Positions 1 through 13,165 of a DNA stretch of 64,000 bases are shown here, one piece after another. Each line of letters opens with the position of its first letter. Positions within the stretch are counted from its first letter, which is position 1. Under the pieces are notes generated by a model. That model did not search any database and was not told the origin of the DNA. It saw only the letters and a list, made by a program, of their open reading frames with translations. The DNA lies in assembly GCF_001194135.2 (NCBI RefSeq), contig NC_068984.1, positions 127,297,226-127,361,225 of the forward strand, in the 5' to 3' direction. Source of the DNA: Octopus bimaculoides (lineage: Eukaryota). Made by a program: the position numbers and the translations under genes.

Positions 1-39
1 TGAAAAAAAATCCCCTCTCTATCCTGACTTTCCAAATCA

Positions 40-620
40 AGTGGTACTGGAATAATACAATGGACATTTTGCAGGAAATGCAAACACTTGACTTCAAACA
101 TTCAGCCTTGTCCTTCGTCCTACATCTCTATAACCACCAGAAGTAAAGACATTGCTTACTTTCTTTGTTAAGGAAAACGACAGAGCAATATTTACAGGAT
201 GGCCAGTAGGTAACTTGATTTAGCCCAAACAATGCAGCATCTGTTCAACAAAAAGCCACTAAAATGCCAAGTCATTGACCCCTTAGTATGTTGTACCACA
301 TCACAGATGTACTCTGCTGTTTATACTATTGGCCCAGTACAGCTTCCTGTGAACTGGAAGTGTTTCTTAGTACCATTCTCAGTTTAGGATTTCCATCACC
401 TCCATAATACTTGACATGGCAGTCTTTAGAAAGGGTCTTCACAGCATATCAAAGTCAATGCTTAAAGCAACCTGCATATCCTTCACTAACTCTTGATAAA
501 CTAATGAGAGTCATTGTCCCACTAATGGCACTGCCTGATTGATGTAATACTGAGGATACCTGACAACACTAGGTGCCCAGCCTCATCTGACACTTTATCC
601 AAGATGGCAGCTCTATCAGG
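40..620 (-). mobile_element. Highly degraded LINE reverse-transcriptase remnant (CR1/L2-like)
   Basis: The minus strand gives broken RT-like motifs (e.g. QEAVLGQ resembling QGSVLGP, and IDFDML). Many stops. Confidence 0.35.
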
Positions 621-889
621 ATTATCAGCTGAGTGAAAAGCTTTCTTTACAAAAGAAAGAATAATCATTCTTTCTGATTTAGGCACAAAGCCAGCAGTTT
701 TGAGGGAAAGGGTTAGTCAATTACATCAATCCCAGTACTAGTTTTTTTATTTTATCATTTCTTTAGAGAAAAGTCCACGTGTGACATTGAGAGCATGAGT
801 ATTTCTGGCCTCTATGTAATGCAAGCACAGATAATCCAGCAACTGCATCTGCAAATTCTTTGCAATAATAATAACAATAATGATAATAA

Positions 890-1088
890 TGCTTTCAAAT
901 TTTGGCACAAAGCCAGTAATTATGGAGGAGGGGTAAGTTGATTACATTGACCCCAGGACTCAACCGGTACTTATTTTATTGACCCAGAAAGGGATGAAAG
1001 GCAATGTTGACCTCATCGGAATTGGACAGATGAAATGCCACCAAACATTTTGCCTGGCATGCTAACAATTCTGTCAGCTCGCTACCCT
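890..1088 (-). mobile_element. tRNA-derived SINE, family A copy
   Basis: Matches the roughly 210-bp unit repeated many times in the window (ggcacaa..gaaaggatgaaaggcaa..gctcgc). Flanked by (AAT)n. Confidence 0.75.
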
Positions 1089-1129
1089 AATAATAATGAT
1101 AATAATAATAACAATAACACCTTAAAAGT

Positions 1130-2127
1130 AATGCTAACAAACTATCAAGAAAGGAAGGTGGCAGAAGATTACTAAACACAGCAGACACTATTTGTAGTGT
1201 GATACTGGGTTTCAAGAATTTTGTTGTGCAGAGTAACAATAGAAGACTGTTGACAGCTAGAGATACACAAAAAGTAACCGAAACAGTAGGAGAATTCAAA
1301 GAGAAGAGGATGAACAACAGAACAAGCAAATGGAAAGAAATAGAATTACATGGCCAATTCATGCCACAAACTGAGAATGTTGGTAGTAAAGAACACTGGC
1401 TCTGGCTAATGGATTGGAACTTGAAACAAAAGATCAAAACGCTAATTATAACTGTTCAGGAACAAGCCATTAAAACAAATCTGATAAAGGCAAAGATTGA
1501 CAAAACTCAGACAGCAAATGTAGAATTTGCAGTAAGGAAATGAAAATATTGATCACCTCTTGAATGAATGCAGTATACTAGCACAAAAGGAGTATAAATA
1601 GAGGCATGACTGTGTAGGTAAAAAAAAAGTCTAATGGAATGTTAGCTGAGTGTATGGCTTCAAAATAACACAAAAGCAGTATGAACACAAACCAAAGGCT
1701 GTGGTAGAAAATGAGAATTACAGGATCTTGTGGGAATCACCATAAAGACTGACTTCTTGAAGCAAGAAGACCAGATATGATTATTTAGAAGACAAAATAA
1801 AGAAACAGTGTAAGACCATAAATCTTGCAATTCCTAATGATAGCAGAATCAATACCATAGAAATTGAAAATAATTGAAAAATATCAGGATCTAGCCAGAG
1901 AACTGAGGAGACTGTGAAAGACTAAGACAATAATTATTCCTGTGGTAACTGGTTCACTTAGAATGCGACCTAAATGACTGAAAGATTGGAATTGAGACTC
2001 ACACAGATGACTCAAAGAAATGTACCATCCTACACTCTGCAAGAATCCTAAGGAAGGTTTTTGAGATATGAGGAGACTTGTTGTTATCAAACTTCAAGAT
2101 AAAATCCCTGCTAACTAAATTAGCATG
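1130..2127 (+). mobile_element. R4/Dong-like non-LTR retrotransposon, 3' fragment (zinc-knuckle and restriction-like endonuclease region), decayed
   Basis: Broken translation KWKEIELHGQF...QEQAIKTN..KAKID...IDHLLNECSILAQKEYK*RHD..V...ENENYRILW..TD...YQDLARELRRL..IIPVVTGSL is the typical layout of RLE-clade C-termini. The tail resumes as (CTA)n(TAA)n at about 2925-2975, after the mariner. Confidence 0.75.
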
Positions 2128-2129
2128 TA

Positions 2130-2922
2130 CTGGGTCATCCCATAAATAATGCAGTTTTTTCAGTTGCATGAACTAAAAGTCAGACGGGAATGGGATAAAC
2201 TACATGCATCAACTTATAAAAACAGGGAGTAATTTTACCTTGTCCTTATTGTTAATACAAGTTTTGAAGAGTGCAGTTCGATTTTAACAGTTATTTTTTC
2301 AAAGCTATATGGAAGTGACAAAGGAGCATATTTTGCTTTATGAGTTCAATAAAAGCAACAAAGCAATGGAAAGTGTGAGGAATATTATCTGTTTGGTGGG
2401 ATATGAAAGGTTTAGTCCATTTTGAACTTTTAAACCCAAACCAAATGATAACAAAGGAGATCTACTATGAGCAGCTTGAGTAGCTTACGTCAGCGCTAGA
2501 AGAAAAACAACTATCTTTGGTTCCAAGACGAAAGATGTTCTTCCATCAGAATAATCCTTGGCCACAGTGAGGACGACATCCCAAAGGCTGGAGCAGTTTG
2601 AATGGGAAATGATGCAACACTCATCCACCACATTCACCAGATATTGCCCCATCTTATTATCATTTATTCTGTAGTCTTCAAAATCATTTGGATGGAAAAA
2701 ATATGAATTCTGTAGATGAGGTCAGAACAGTACTGGAGGAGTATTTTTTTTCACAGACAAGTGAATTTTGGAAGAGGGGCCTTGCAAGTCTACCAGATAG
2801 ATGTAAAAACATTGTAGAAAATGAAGGAAAGGATATTTCAGATTAAAAAAGAACTTTGTTTATCTTAATTTTGAAAAATAAAAGAAGTATAAAAAAAACG
2901 CATTATTTATGGGATGACCAAA
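2130..2922 (+). mobile_element. Internally deleted mariner (Tc1/mariner) element
   Basis: TA at 2128-2129 and 2923-2924. TIRs ctgggtcatcccataaataatgc / gcattatttatgggatgaccaaa. N-terminus MEVTKEHILLYEFNKS at 2309. C-terminus HPPHSPDIAPSYYHLF...LPDRCKNIVENEG. Confidence 0.9.
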
Positions 2923-4269
2923 TACTAGTTTACTACTACTACTACTAATAATAATAATAATAGTAATAATAATAACTAGCAGGACCTGTGAATATTTCAC
3001 AGAATTAATGGTAAACCTATCTCGTTATTTTTGAAAACTTTATCCAAAAAACCTGAAAGCAAAGCCTGTTGTTGTTGTGTCTGTATGGAAAGATAGCACT
3101 CATCTGCTACTCATTGAAAAATGGAAGAAATTGGAATACGGTGATTACTTAATGCACTTTATGTATACACTTTATATACTTTATGCACAGATTTATAGAT
3201 TTAACACACAGACTCATATTTTTCCATTTTTCTTATAAACAAAAAAGAAATGTCCCATATATATGATACAACTTTTAGTTAAATTGCATATATCTTCCAT
3301 GTAAATGAACATGAATATTTCATATGACTTGCAATTATGCATATGCATTAAGTGTGAGATGATATAAAAAAAACTTAGCTCAATTAAATAGAAATACACT
3401 TTTCATTATCCAATCACCACCACCACCACCATCATATCTCTCCTCTTTCTCCCCCCTCTCTCCCCTTTCCCTCTCTTTAAACTCACCATCAGAACATCAC
3501 TCCTCTGCTAAAATTATATTTTTAACTCTCTTCTTCTACATTCAACTAACTTTTTCAACCACATAATAAATATTACATTCCCCCTACCTCACATCATGGA
3601 TACTTGTCTTTCCCTCTTTCTGTCTCACTCTTCACCTTATCCTCTTTTTCTCTCTCCTTTTTCTTTCTCCTCTCTTTCCCTTCAACTAATCACGTGAAAG
3701 TTTTAATATTACATTCCCTCTACCACTACCAACACTTCTCTCTTGCTCATTTTTTCTCACCCTCTCTTTTTCTCTTTCTCACTTTTTCTCTAATGATGTG
3801 AAAGCATTACTGACGGGCTAAGTAACATAATGACAAGCAGAATTATTATAAGATAAGCTTGTGAACACTTAAGGTTACAAGTAGTAACCAGCTACCCACC
3901 TAAATTCAACCAAGAATAACAATGAACCCAAGTCAAATCACCAATATAATAATAATCCTTTTTATTATAAACACAAGCCCTGCAATTTTAGAGGAGTGGT
4001 ATAGTTGAATAATAATAATAATAATAATAAATGTCCTGATGCAGTACCAGGCAGTGGCTCCCATGGCTTCTGATTTTAACTGATTAGAAGTGTTATCATG
4101 TACATGTTTTTGTCTTGGTATAAAAGATGGGCTACAGCAAATATTTGGCTCAATATCACAGATTTGCTTGACCTTAAACCAGCTGAGCATGTCCCTCATC
4201 ATCATCGTTTAACGTCCGCTTTCCATGCTAGCATGGGTTGGACGATTTGGTGACTGACAACATGCTAAT

Positions 4270-4640
4270 CTCTGATCATGAACAGGAGTAGTGGGGGAGC
4301 ATCATAGCCATGTACTGAGAAGAATTCTTTGGGGTTTGACTAATTCACCTCTGGAAACATGGGAGTTTCATTCATCATCCTTAAACAAACCTTATTCAAG
4401 GACCTTTCGAGCAAGATGGGCTACTCAACCCGAAGAGAATTCTAACTGGGCCCCAGCTGCAAGGTCATGTGCAGTTTATCTTAAGATGAGATCACCATGT
4501 TGCCCACATGTCGTTGTGATGTATGTGCCCGGTGTAACCTTATCCAATGAGTAGTCATGATGGGTATATTGGGCTTCGTATATCTGTACCCCAGTGTTAC
4601 TTTGATCGCCTGCATTGCTCTCTCACTCAATAATAATAAT
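4270..4640 (+). mobile_element. Retroposon 3'-end fragment with (AAT)n tail; a second copy lies at about 13455-13715
   Basis: The two copies share catccttaaa..aaaccttattc..gatgggctact..gagatcaccatg..ctctcactcaataataat. Confidence 0.65.
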
Positions 4641-5416
4641 GATTAATGATTTGTAACATATATACAGGGCCAGAAATTTGGAGAAAGTAAGCAGTCTATT
4701 ATATTGACCCCAGAGCTTGTCTGGTACCCAAATTTGATCTCAGAATCTCAAGAGGCAAAACTAAATAAAATATGAATTGTGTGTGAGTGTGTATACATAT
4801 CAGACATAATATAGATGAGGAGCATGAAAATATGGGACAGCTACTCGATTAAGATAGAGCACCGTAAAAATTCCAACCACTTTCCAGTTTTCAATGCCAG
4901 TGTGATTGGGTCCTTTCCAAAGCAAACAAAACTTACTGTGCCCACTCATCTTCCATAGATTTTATTGGAAAACAGCAGTAATTCTCTCTACTACCTTCCG
5001 TTTTCAAACAGTACTTGAATAATTTATTTAGAGTGAAAATTGCTTTCCTCTGCTTTTTCATCACCATCTACTGTATGACTTATTTTTAATAGAACCACTT
5101 AATGAACAAACATTGTCTGGTTTTGAAACACATCTTCAAAATGGATATGGCTTATAGCAAGATCCATATTATATTTAATAGTAGCCAATAGGAATTTGTG
5201 GTCCTCCATTAATCTATATAAATTGCAAGAGTGGACAATCCAGTAACTTCAGCTGCAAGCTTTGAATTATTATTTATTCTGACAAACGTGAGTATAAGGC
5301 CTTTTATCTAACCTTCAATGATTCTGCAAAACTCATTACCCTCTAATAATAATAATAATAATAATAATAATGATAATAATAATAATAATGATGATAATAA
5401 AATAACAATAATGGTT

Positions 5417-5635
5417 TTAATTTTTGGCACAAAGCCAGCAATTTCAATGAAGGAGGTAAGGCGACCCCAAGTGTTCAATCAGGACTTATTTTATTGGCCC
5501 TGAAAGGATGAAAGACAAAGTCAACCTCAGCAGAATTTGAACTCCAACATAAATCTGGAAGAAATCCAGTGAAACATTTGATCTGACATGCAAATAATTC
5601 TGCCGGCTTGCTGCCATAATAATAATAATAATAAC

Positions 5636-5670
<35 letters not shown>

Positions 5671-6204
5671 CAATTCTTTCTACTATAGGCATAAGGCCTG
5701 AAATTTGGTGGGAGGGGACTAGTCAATCACATCTCCCCCCAATAGTTTCACTGGTACTTAATTTAACGACCCTAAAAGGATGAAAAGCCAAAGTTGGCCT
5801 TGGTGGAATTTGAACTGAGAACATGAAGATGGATGAAATACCGTTAAGCATTTCACTCAGCGTGCTAACAATTCTGCCAGCTCACCACCTTAATAATAAT
5901 AATAATAATAAAAATCCTTTCTACTATAGGCACAAGGCCTGAAATTGGTGGGGAGAACTAGTCAATTACTCCCCGCCCCCATCAGTGTTTGACTGGGTAC
6001 TTAATTTATTGACCCCCAAAAAGATGAAAGGCAAAGTCAACCCTGGCGGCATTTGAACTCAGAATGTGAAGACGGACGAAATACCGCTGCGTATTTCACC
6101 CGGCTTGTTAACGATTCTGCCAGCTCATCGCCTTAATAATAATAATAATAATAATAATAACAATAACAACAACAACAACAACAACAACAATAATAATAAT
6201 AATA

Positions 6205-6254
<50 letters not shown>

Positions 6255-6475
6255 ATTTAATTTAGGTATAAGAGCAGCAGTTGTTGAGGAAGAGGTTTAG
6301 CTAAGTACATTGGTCTCTGAACTTGACTGATACTTTATCATATCAACTCTGGAAGGATGAAAGGCAAAGTTAAGGCAAAGTTGACCTCAGCAGGATATTA
6401 ATTCTCAATGTAAAGAGAAGGAATGAATTCAGCATGGTTGTTTTGTCTGATACTTTAACAATTCTGCCAGTTTAA
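5417..6475 (-). mobile_element. Four tandem family-A tRNA-SINE copies (about 5417-5617, 5674-5891, 5915-6134, 6255-6475) separated by (AAT)n/(AAC)n/(GAT)n
   Basis: Each copy has a minus-strand tRNA-like head (GGCGA-GCTGGCAGAATCGTT A-box-like, GAGTTCAAAT B-box-like), a central GCCTTTCATCCTTT..GGGTC..TAAATTAAGTACCAG block resembling the Meta-domain SINE core (recalled) and an (ATT)n tail. Confidence 0.85.
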
Positions 6476-7499
6476 TTATAACAACAGATATGGCAACTTT
6501 ACTACCCTGAATAATATCAATTAACATCGATAAAATAACAATGGAGAGAGTTGAAAACAAATAATGAAAATGTTCTAGGATACCTGTGAGTAACAGATTA
6601 TTAACTTATTAATGACATTTTATTGCTTTTTCACTTGTAAATTAATGTGTTGTAAATTTTCATACTAATAACTAATTAGTCACCATGTGTAAACACACTA
6701 TTAAATAATCACCACACAAATTCAGCCCTACTCAAAAGTGACAAGGAATACAAATGAAAACCATGTCATTTAGCCCAAACTTAACAGAGGAATGCATACT
6801 TTGGATTTGGTGCATAAGAAACATGGAAAAGCATAGGGTGTGGGTGTGTAAAGTCCTACTTTGCCAGAAATGATTAAGCCAATACCTAATGACAGTTTCT
6901 GAGATAATGAGCCAGACTTTTCAAATAAAACAAAAAATATATAAATGTATACAAGAGGAATATATTTGCATACTACATAAATATTTTACAGCATTGCCAT
7001 AATGTCATCATTTTTGCATTTGTTTTTACATGCTAGCATAAATTGGATAAGTGTTTTTGAGGCAGTGTTTTATGATTGGATGTTCTTTATGATGCCAATA
7101 CTTTCAGTTTTCTCCCCCATCATGGGCAGGGATATAGTGTGTCTATTCTAAAACAACTGGAATATACATTTATGTAAAATATCTGGAAAGAAAATAACCC
7201 TGATCTAAATCTGACTTTGGATTTGAACATACTCACTGATTTAAGAAGATATCAGATACAGAAATCAAAAGTTTAAAAGAAAGCATGTATAGCAAAAAAA
7301 AATTTTTTTAAAGATGAAAATAAAAAAATCAATGAAAATGCAAACAACAAAAATAAATATTTAACCTATAAATATTGAGAAAAACCTAGCACAAGCCCCC
7401 CCAAAAATGAACAAAATAAGTACAAAATCAAACCCTAGCATATCTACAGCATACTGATCAACAAGGGTTAAATAAGAATTACACAGACAAAAATATGAA

Positions 7500-10480
7500 T
7501 AAAAGTCAAAAGGAGAAAGATTTAAAAATAGAAAATTCTAAACATGGAAATTTTGAATATGACAAGAATGTAAAGGTAGAAATAGTTAAAGAATTAAAAT
7601 CAATAGATCTTCCTGTAAAATCTATACATCAGCCAAAGAGACATAAAGAAAAGATGGTACTCTCTCAAAACAATTCATATAAGGATATCGAAACCCAAAT
7701 AAACAACATAGAAAACAAACATACAAAGAAATATAGAAAATAAAATATCTCTCAGTCCTTAATGAAATCAACAATGGAAAGACAGAAATAGAGTCAGATA
7801 CAACAGAAATACAATACATGAAAAAATGTTTAAATGTATCTAGAATCAAAGAATGATTAAAATCTCTAAACTGCAAAGAGGCTGTTACTTTGAAAACAAC
7901 AATGATTCTTTGGACAAAACAAACAGTTTGATTCCATCCCCAAAAGATTTTATCAAGAACAAAGTAAAAACAGACTATAAATCAATGCAGTGCCAACAGC
8001 AACAGAGGTGGAATAATTTGGAGAAGGTATATGGACAACAAATTGATTGCCACTGGCAAGAATATGAAGAAAAACAATAACAAGTGTAGCACCTGAAGAA
8101 ATGTGGAAAACCATAGAACAACAACAACAACAAGTAGTTCAGATACTACAAGACATGAACTGCTGGAAGGCATCAGGAAGCGATAAAGTTCCAGACTTCT
8201 GGTTGAAATATCTAACAGACATATACACAATGTGCTGGTAAAAATATAGAATGATCAATAGAAAGCGTTAGAAACAATATCAGAACGGCTGACTGAGTGT
8301 AGTGGTGGTGGTGGTGGTGATGGTGGTGGTGGTGGTGTTGGTGGTGGTGATGGTAAATGGTCCCCATTCAAAGAAACAGTAGATCTAAAATACTACATAA
8401 CTTGCCTGCCTACAGTTTTCAAAGCATAAATGGCAATATCATAGAGAATAAATAATCAAATTTAACAAAAAAAACAAACAAACAATCTTTTACTTCCAGG
8501 AGAACAAAGGGGATTAAAGGGTTCATATGATTGTAAAGATGAAATTATTGATCAGTAAAACCATAACTGGAGACAGTAGTAAGAGAGATGTGTGATCATG
8601 ACATGGATAGATTATCAGAAGATATTTAATAGTATTCCCCACCTGCGCATCCTGGAAATATTAGTCATATATGAAGTAGCACCAGTAACAAACAAGTACA
8701 TCAAACTTGTCATGAATAAATAGGAAACAATTCAGTAGATACAAGTAAAAGAGGGAATTATAAAATATGAAACCCATCCATGTTAAAAGAGAAATAGTTC
8801 AAGAAGTCTTTCTCTCTCTCCACCTCCTTTTCTTTTCCGACTAGTATTGACGTCTTTAATCATTCTGTTAAACCAGATTGGACTCCAGTATAAATTCTAT
8901 AGGAGGACATCCATCATGTGGAAGACCTTGTGTTATACACGGCAGATGATGAAACTGACAAGAATTAATGAACTAGACAAAATACAACACACAACATATA
9001 CGATTGAAAGAAGGAATATTAAAGACACATTAGAATAATGCTTAAATCAAAGCTAATTTCCACAAATAAAGTAATAAGTATCAATTCTCTAGCTGTTCCA
9101 GTAATAAGTTGTAGTTATAATGTTCTCAGCTGGAAGCTAAGTGAATTAGTAAGACTTGACAGGAAAATAAGAAACATAATGCTGCCAATACAGGAATATT
9201 ACATCAACCACAAATACAGGGATGAGGAAATCTACTACAACTAGAAAATTATAAAACTATTTACTGTAGGATGACAAAAATATCTAGTTAAGAATAATGG
9301 AGAACAAATAGCTGTAGCTACAAAATATGAAGAAAGCAAAAAACTGTTTTCTGTCTTCAAGGAAACCAGTAAAGATAACAGAATATAACAGAAGCTGAAG
9401 TAACATACAGCTGTGATGAAAATGGAGAAGCAAAAATACTGACTTTTAAGAAGTTAAGAGAAAAAGCAAAAAAAAAAAGAAGCAGACAAAAAAAACCTGA
9501 CAATTTTATGATAAGATATTGGCAAGAAAAGTGTCTTCATGGCCAATACCTGACTAGACTGAATTAAGCAAACGTAAGCAAAAGAAAAATTCTACATGGA
9601 CTGTGAAGTGCAGGACTCAGAGTTGAGAGTGAAAGATTTTTTTTTTATTGTGACACAAGAACAAAGCCTTCCCACCTGAAATTAATAAAAACATATAATG
9701 AACCAGAATATAAAAGTAACTGCAGAATATGTAGAGGTCATAAAGAAACAATCAATCATTGTTTTTGGCTGCCTGGACTTAGCCAAAAGGGAAATACTCA
9801 AACACACACACGTGTGTGTGTGTGTGTGTGCACATGTAGGCATGCATGCATATGTGCATGAAAAGTTGGAGCCTTTATACAATGGAAATTTTGCCAGCAT
9901 TAATAAGTACTTGCAAGCCAATGAATCATCTATATTTGTGTGACCTGCTAGAAATAGTAGCGAAATAACCCACAAATCACACTGTAAAGTTTTTTAAAAG
10001 GAAAAAAAAAAACATGTTAGATACCTTTAAAAAGACAGGATGGTTACAATGAGAATGCCTCAGATAACTGGTCAGCATTACAATTTACTCGGAGGGGGGG
10101 GGGTTACACAATAACAGCCCACAGAAAAAAAAAATGATAGAAATGTACACCACAAAAGGTCTCAAACTGATCATACTCTGGAATAAGTCTATTCATACAG
10201 ACAAGAAGTTAAAGGAAAATTGCCAGTTATTATTGTCAAAAACCATCAGGAAAAAATACCTTTAAACTGAGATGCCAACTATAATGGTTGATAGTACATC
10301 TTAAGACAAAATGGAGAAAACTGTCAAATATAAAAGCCTAGAGATAGAAGTAACCAGTTTGTAAGCATTGAAAGATTAAACAATCTTTATAGGTGCCTTG
10401 ATAATGATATAAAAAACATGCAAGTGTATAACCAAAGTACAACCAGGACTTACACAAACATATATTTCATAGAAAAAAAT
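7500..10480 (+). mobile_element. Long decayed R4/Dong-like LINE (RT to endonuclease) with internal insertions
   Basis: Fragments in order: PDFWLKYL; YITCLPTVFK; PGEQRGLKGSYDCKD; WIDYQKIFNSIPH; MLKSKLISTNKVISINSLAVPVISCSY; QEQSLPT; ILWNKSIHTD. Many frameshifts and stops. Confidence 0.7.
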
Positions 10481-10764
10481 AGCACAGTTAGGCACTGCTC
10501 ATATTATGTAAAGTACTTTCAATAGAAAAACACAAAAATAAAACACAGTACTTATTGTATTTTGTTGTACAGTGAATACATATAATAAAAATGAGACTAC
10601 TGAAACAACACCAGCAGCAGCTAATTTCTTTCATTGACCAACTGTTCTGATGATGTTTAGTGATGGTATAAATGTGAAATATCTTGGAAAGCAACAAACA
10701 AAGAACAGTGGGGAATTTGTTTAAATAAGAGAGTGTGATCAACCTTAACTATAACGATACAGCC

Positions 10765-11305
10765 TTAAGAAAAAAATTGGGCATAAAAGGCATCAGATAT
10801 TGTGTGAAAGAGAGAAGACTGTGCTGGTATGGTCATGTGATATGTACAGATAAGGACAGCTGTATAAAGAAGTGACAATCTCTAATTGTGGAGAGAGCCT
10901 GTGGAAGGGATAAACACAGGAAGATGTGGAATAAGGTGGTGAAATATGATCTTTGGTTGTTGAGTCTCATGGAGGTGATGACAAGTGACCAAGACTTCTG
11001 GTGATTTGCTGTGCTTGAGAAGACACATCAAGTTAAGTGAAATCATGGTTGTGGTCAGTAAAAGGCAACTGTGCTGATGACATGTAAAAGGGCATACATG
11101 TGGGTGACACATAAAAGGCATCCATGTTAGTGACAAGTAAAAGACACCTGGTACATTCTGTAAAGTGGTTGTTGACATTAGGAAGGGCATCCACACCAAA
11201 CCAAAAAAGATGACTAGGGCCTGGTGCAGCTCTCCAGCTCTGGTTAAACCATCTAACCCATACCAGCATGGAAAATGGATATTAAATGATGATGAGGATG
11301 ATGAT
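10765..11305 (+). mobile_element. RTE-clade LINE 3' end with (GAT)n tail
   Basis: LRKKLGIKGIRYCVKERRLCWYGHV...GRDKHRKMW, followed by a 3'UTR ending gcatggaaaatggatattaaatgatgatg. Confidence 0.8.
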
Positions 11306-12890
11306 GATAAAGAAGAATAAAATAAGAAAAGGTTCTGTGACATGTATGAGTGTGGGAGGAATACAAAAAGGGTAATCTCAGGCACCCCAAACATAACGCT
11401 AGATTTCCTTGATACACCACAGACCAATGCCTGCTTGTTTTTGCCACTAATCAACAACTTTATAGGTAATGTGGGTTCAGTTAAAGGCTTGAAATCTCAC
11501 AAAAACAAAAACAAAAAAAAACAAGAGCAGAGTGAAACAAATAAATTAGAAAAGTAGGCGACAAAAACAACAGCAGCAAAAGGAACAACAAAAAGAAACA
11601 GGAGAAAAGATCTACAACAGCAGTAGCAACAAGAATAGAAATAACAGTTACAGCAATCGCAATAGCATAAGACACAAAGATAATCCCACAACAGTAACAG
11701 AAGCAACAACCACAACAGCAACAGTATTTGTAGCAGGTGTAGCATCTGGACTTCTTGCTCTTGACCTCTACTCATATTGGATTGCATATCACAAAGCAAA
11801 ACCATTTAGGAATATCACTAGGGTCTTTAGGGTCAACTAACACCTGGAACTCCATGACTGTTCCCAACCAGTTTTGTTGGGGGGGGGGATGAATTTAAGT
11901 CCTATGACTTTATACTGCTCCACATTCAAATGACACTTAATTCCAGTCTCACAGCATATTTGAAATGCAAACACCACTCAAACAAAATAACACAACCAAC
12001 ACTGCTTATTCTGTACACAATAGACGAAACAATGAAATAACACCAGAAACAACAAATTAAACCCCACAACAATGAAAAACTTACATAGTAAAGATACCCA
12101 TTTCTACATTTCCGAAAGACAAAAACAATGTTGCACACCTCAGAAACACGGCAGTGCACCAGTAGTGCAACAGAAGTTAGCATAAAGCTATTGAAAATAA
12201 CAACAAAATCAGCAGTAGTAGTAAACAAAAAAGCAACTTGAATGGAAGAATTGAAGAAGAATTAACAAACAAGAAAATATCAAAAAGTCGAGAAAGCTAA
12301 TGTTTAAGAAAGTGTCTTCAACAATAAAAAATAATTACTGATTAGAAAAATGCTGGAATCAAACTTTTGTCTGGAGTATTTGTCATGTACACACAAGGCT
12401 GTTGCAAAGACTCTTGGCAATCTTCTTGCTAGAACAGCCATAAATAATAGTTGAATATTGCTTGGAGGCAAAGCAACTTTTACGCCTAAAATATCAAATA
12501 CTGACAACTCACTAGTTAATGAAGTGATAGATATACTATGTCTGAAAAAATGATTTTATTGTCATAAGCTGGAACGACTATGATAATGCTAGTTCAAGGC
12601 TGACCTGGAGCTAAACCAATTTACAGTAGAATGTTTCCTTATCTCCTTTGTTTCCATACCCTTATTGCCCATCTCTTGATCATTCCTCTTACAATCTCAC
12701 TGTGTTTTGCTGACAGTGTGATTAAGGGTGGCAGCAGATATCTTCTATTTATCATACAATGAACTCTCTCACCGATGCTTTTATCTTCATAATGACAGAT
12801 GAAATATCACTAAGTATTTTGCCCAGCATGCTAACAATCTAGCCAGCTTGCCACCTTAATAACAATAACAATAATAACAACAACAACAAC

Positions 12891-12953
<63 letters not shown>

Positions 12954-12954
12954 T

Positions 12955-13165
12955 CCTGTTATAAACACAATGCCTGAAATTTTGTGGGAGGGGACTAGTC
13001 ATTTACATTGACTCCAGTGTTTCACTGGTACTTAATTTATCGACCCTGAAAAGATGAAAGGCAAAGTTGACCTTGGCAGAATTTGAACTCAGAACGTAAA
13101 GATGAATGAAATATTGCTAAGCATTTTGCCCAGCATGCTGACAATCCTGTCAGATTGCCGCCTTA
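12955..13165 (-). mobile_element. Family-A tRNA-SINE copy between (AAT)n tracts; partial copy at about 12790-12860
   Basis: Same unit as 5674-5891. Confidence 0.85.

Noticed and set aside
6066-6260. Poly-Asn/poly-Asp ORF
   Set aside because: It is a translation of a SINE head plus an (AAT)/(AAC)/(GAT) microsatellite.
5340-6480. Repeat-spacer periodicity superficially like a CRISPR array
   Set aside because: The units are roughly 210-bp SINEs with microsatellite spacers in eukaryotic DNA, and there are no cas genes.
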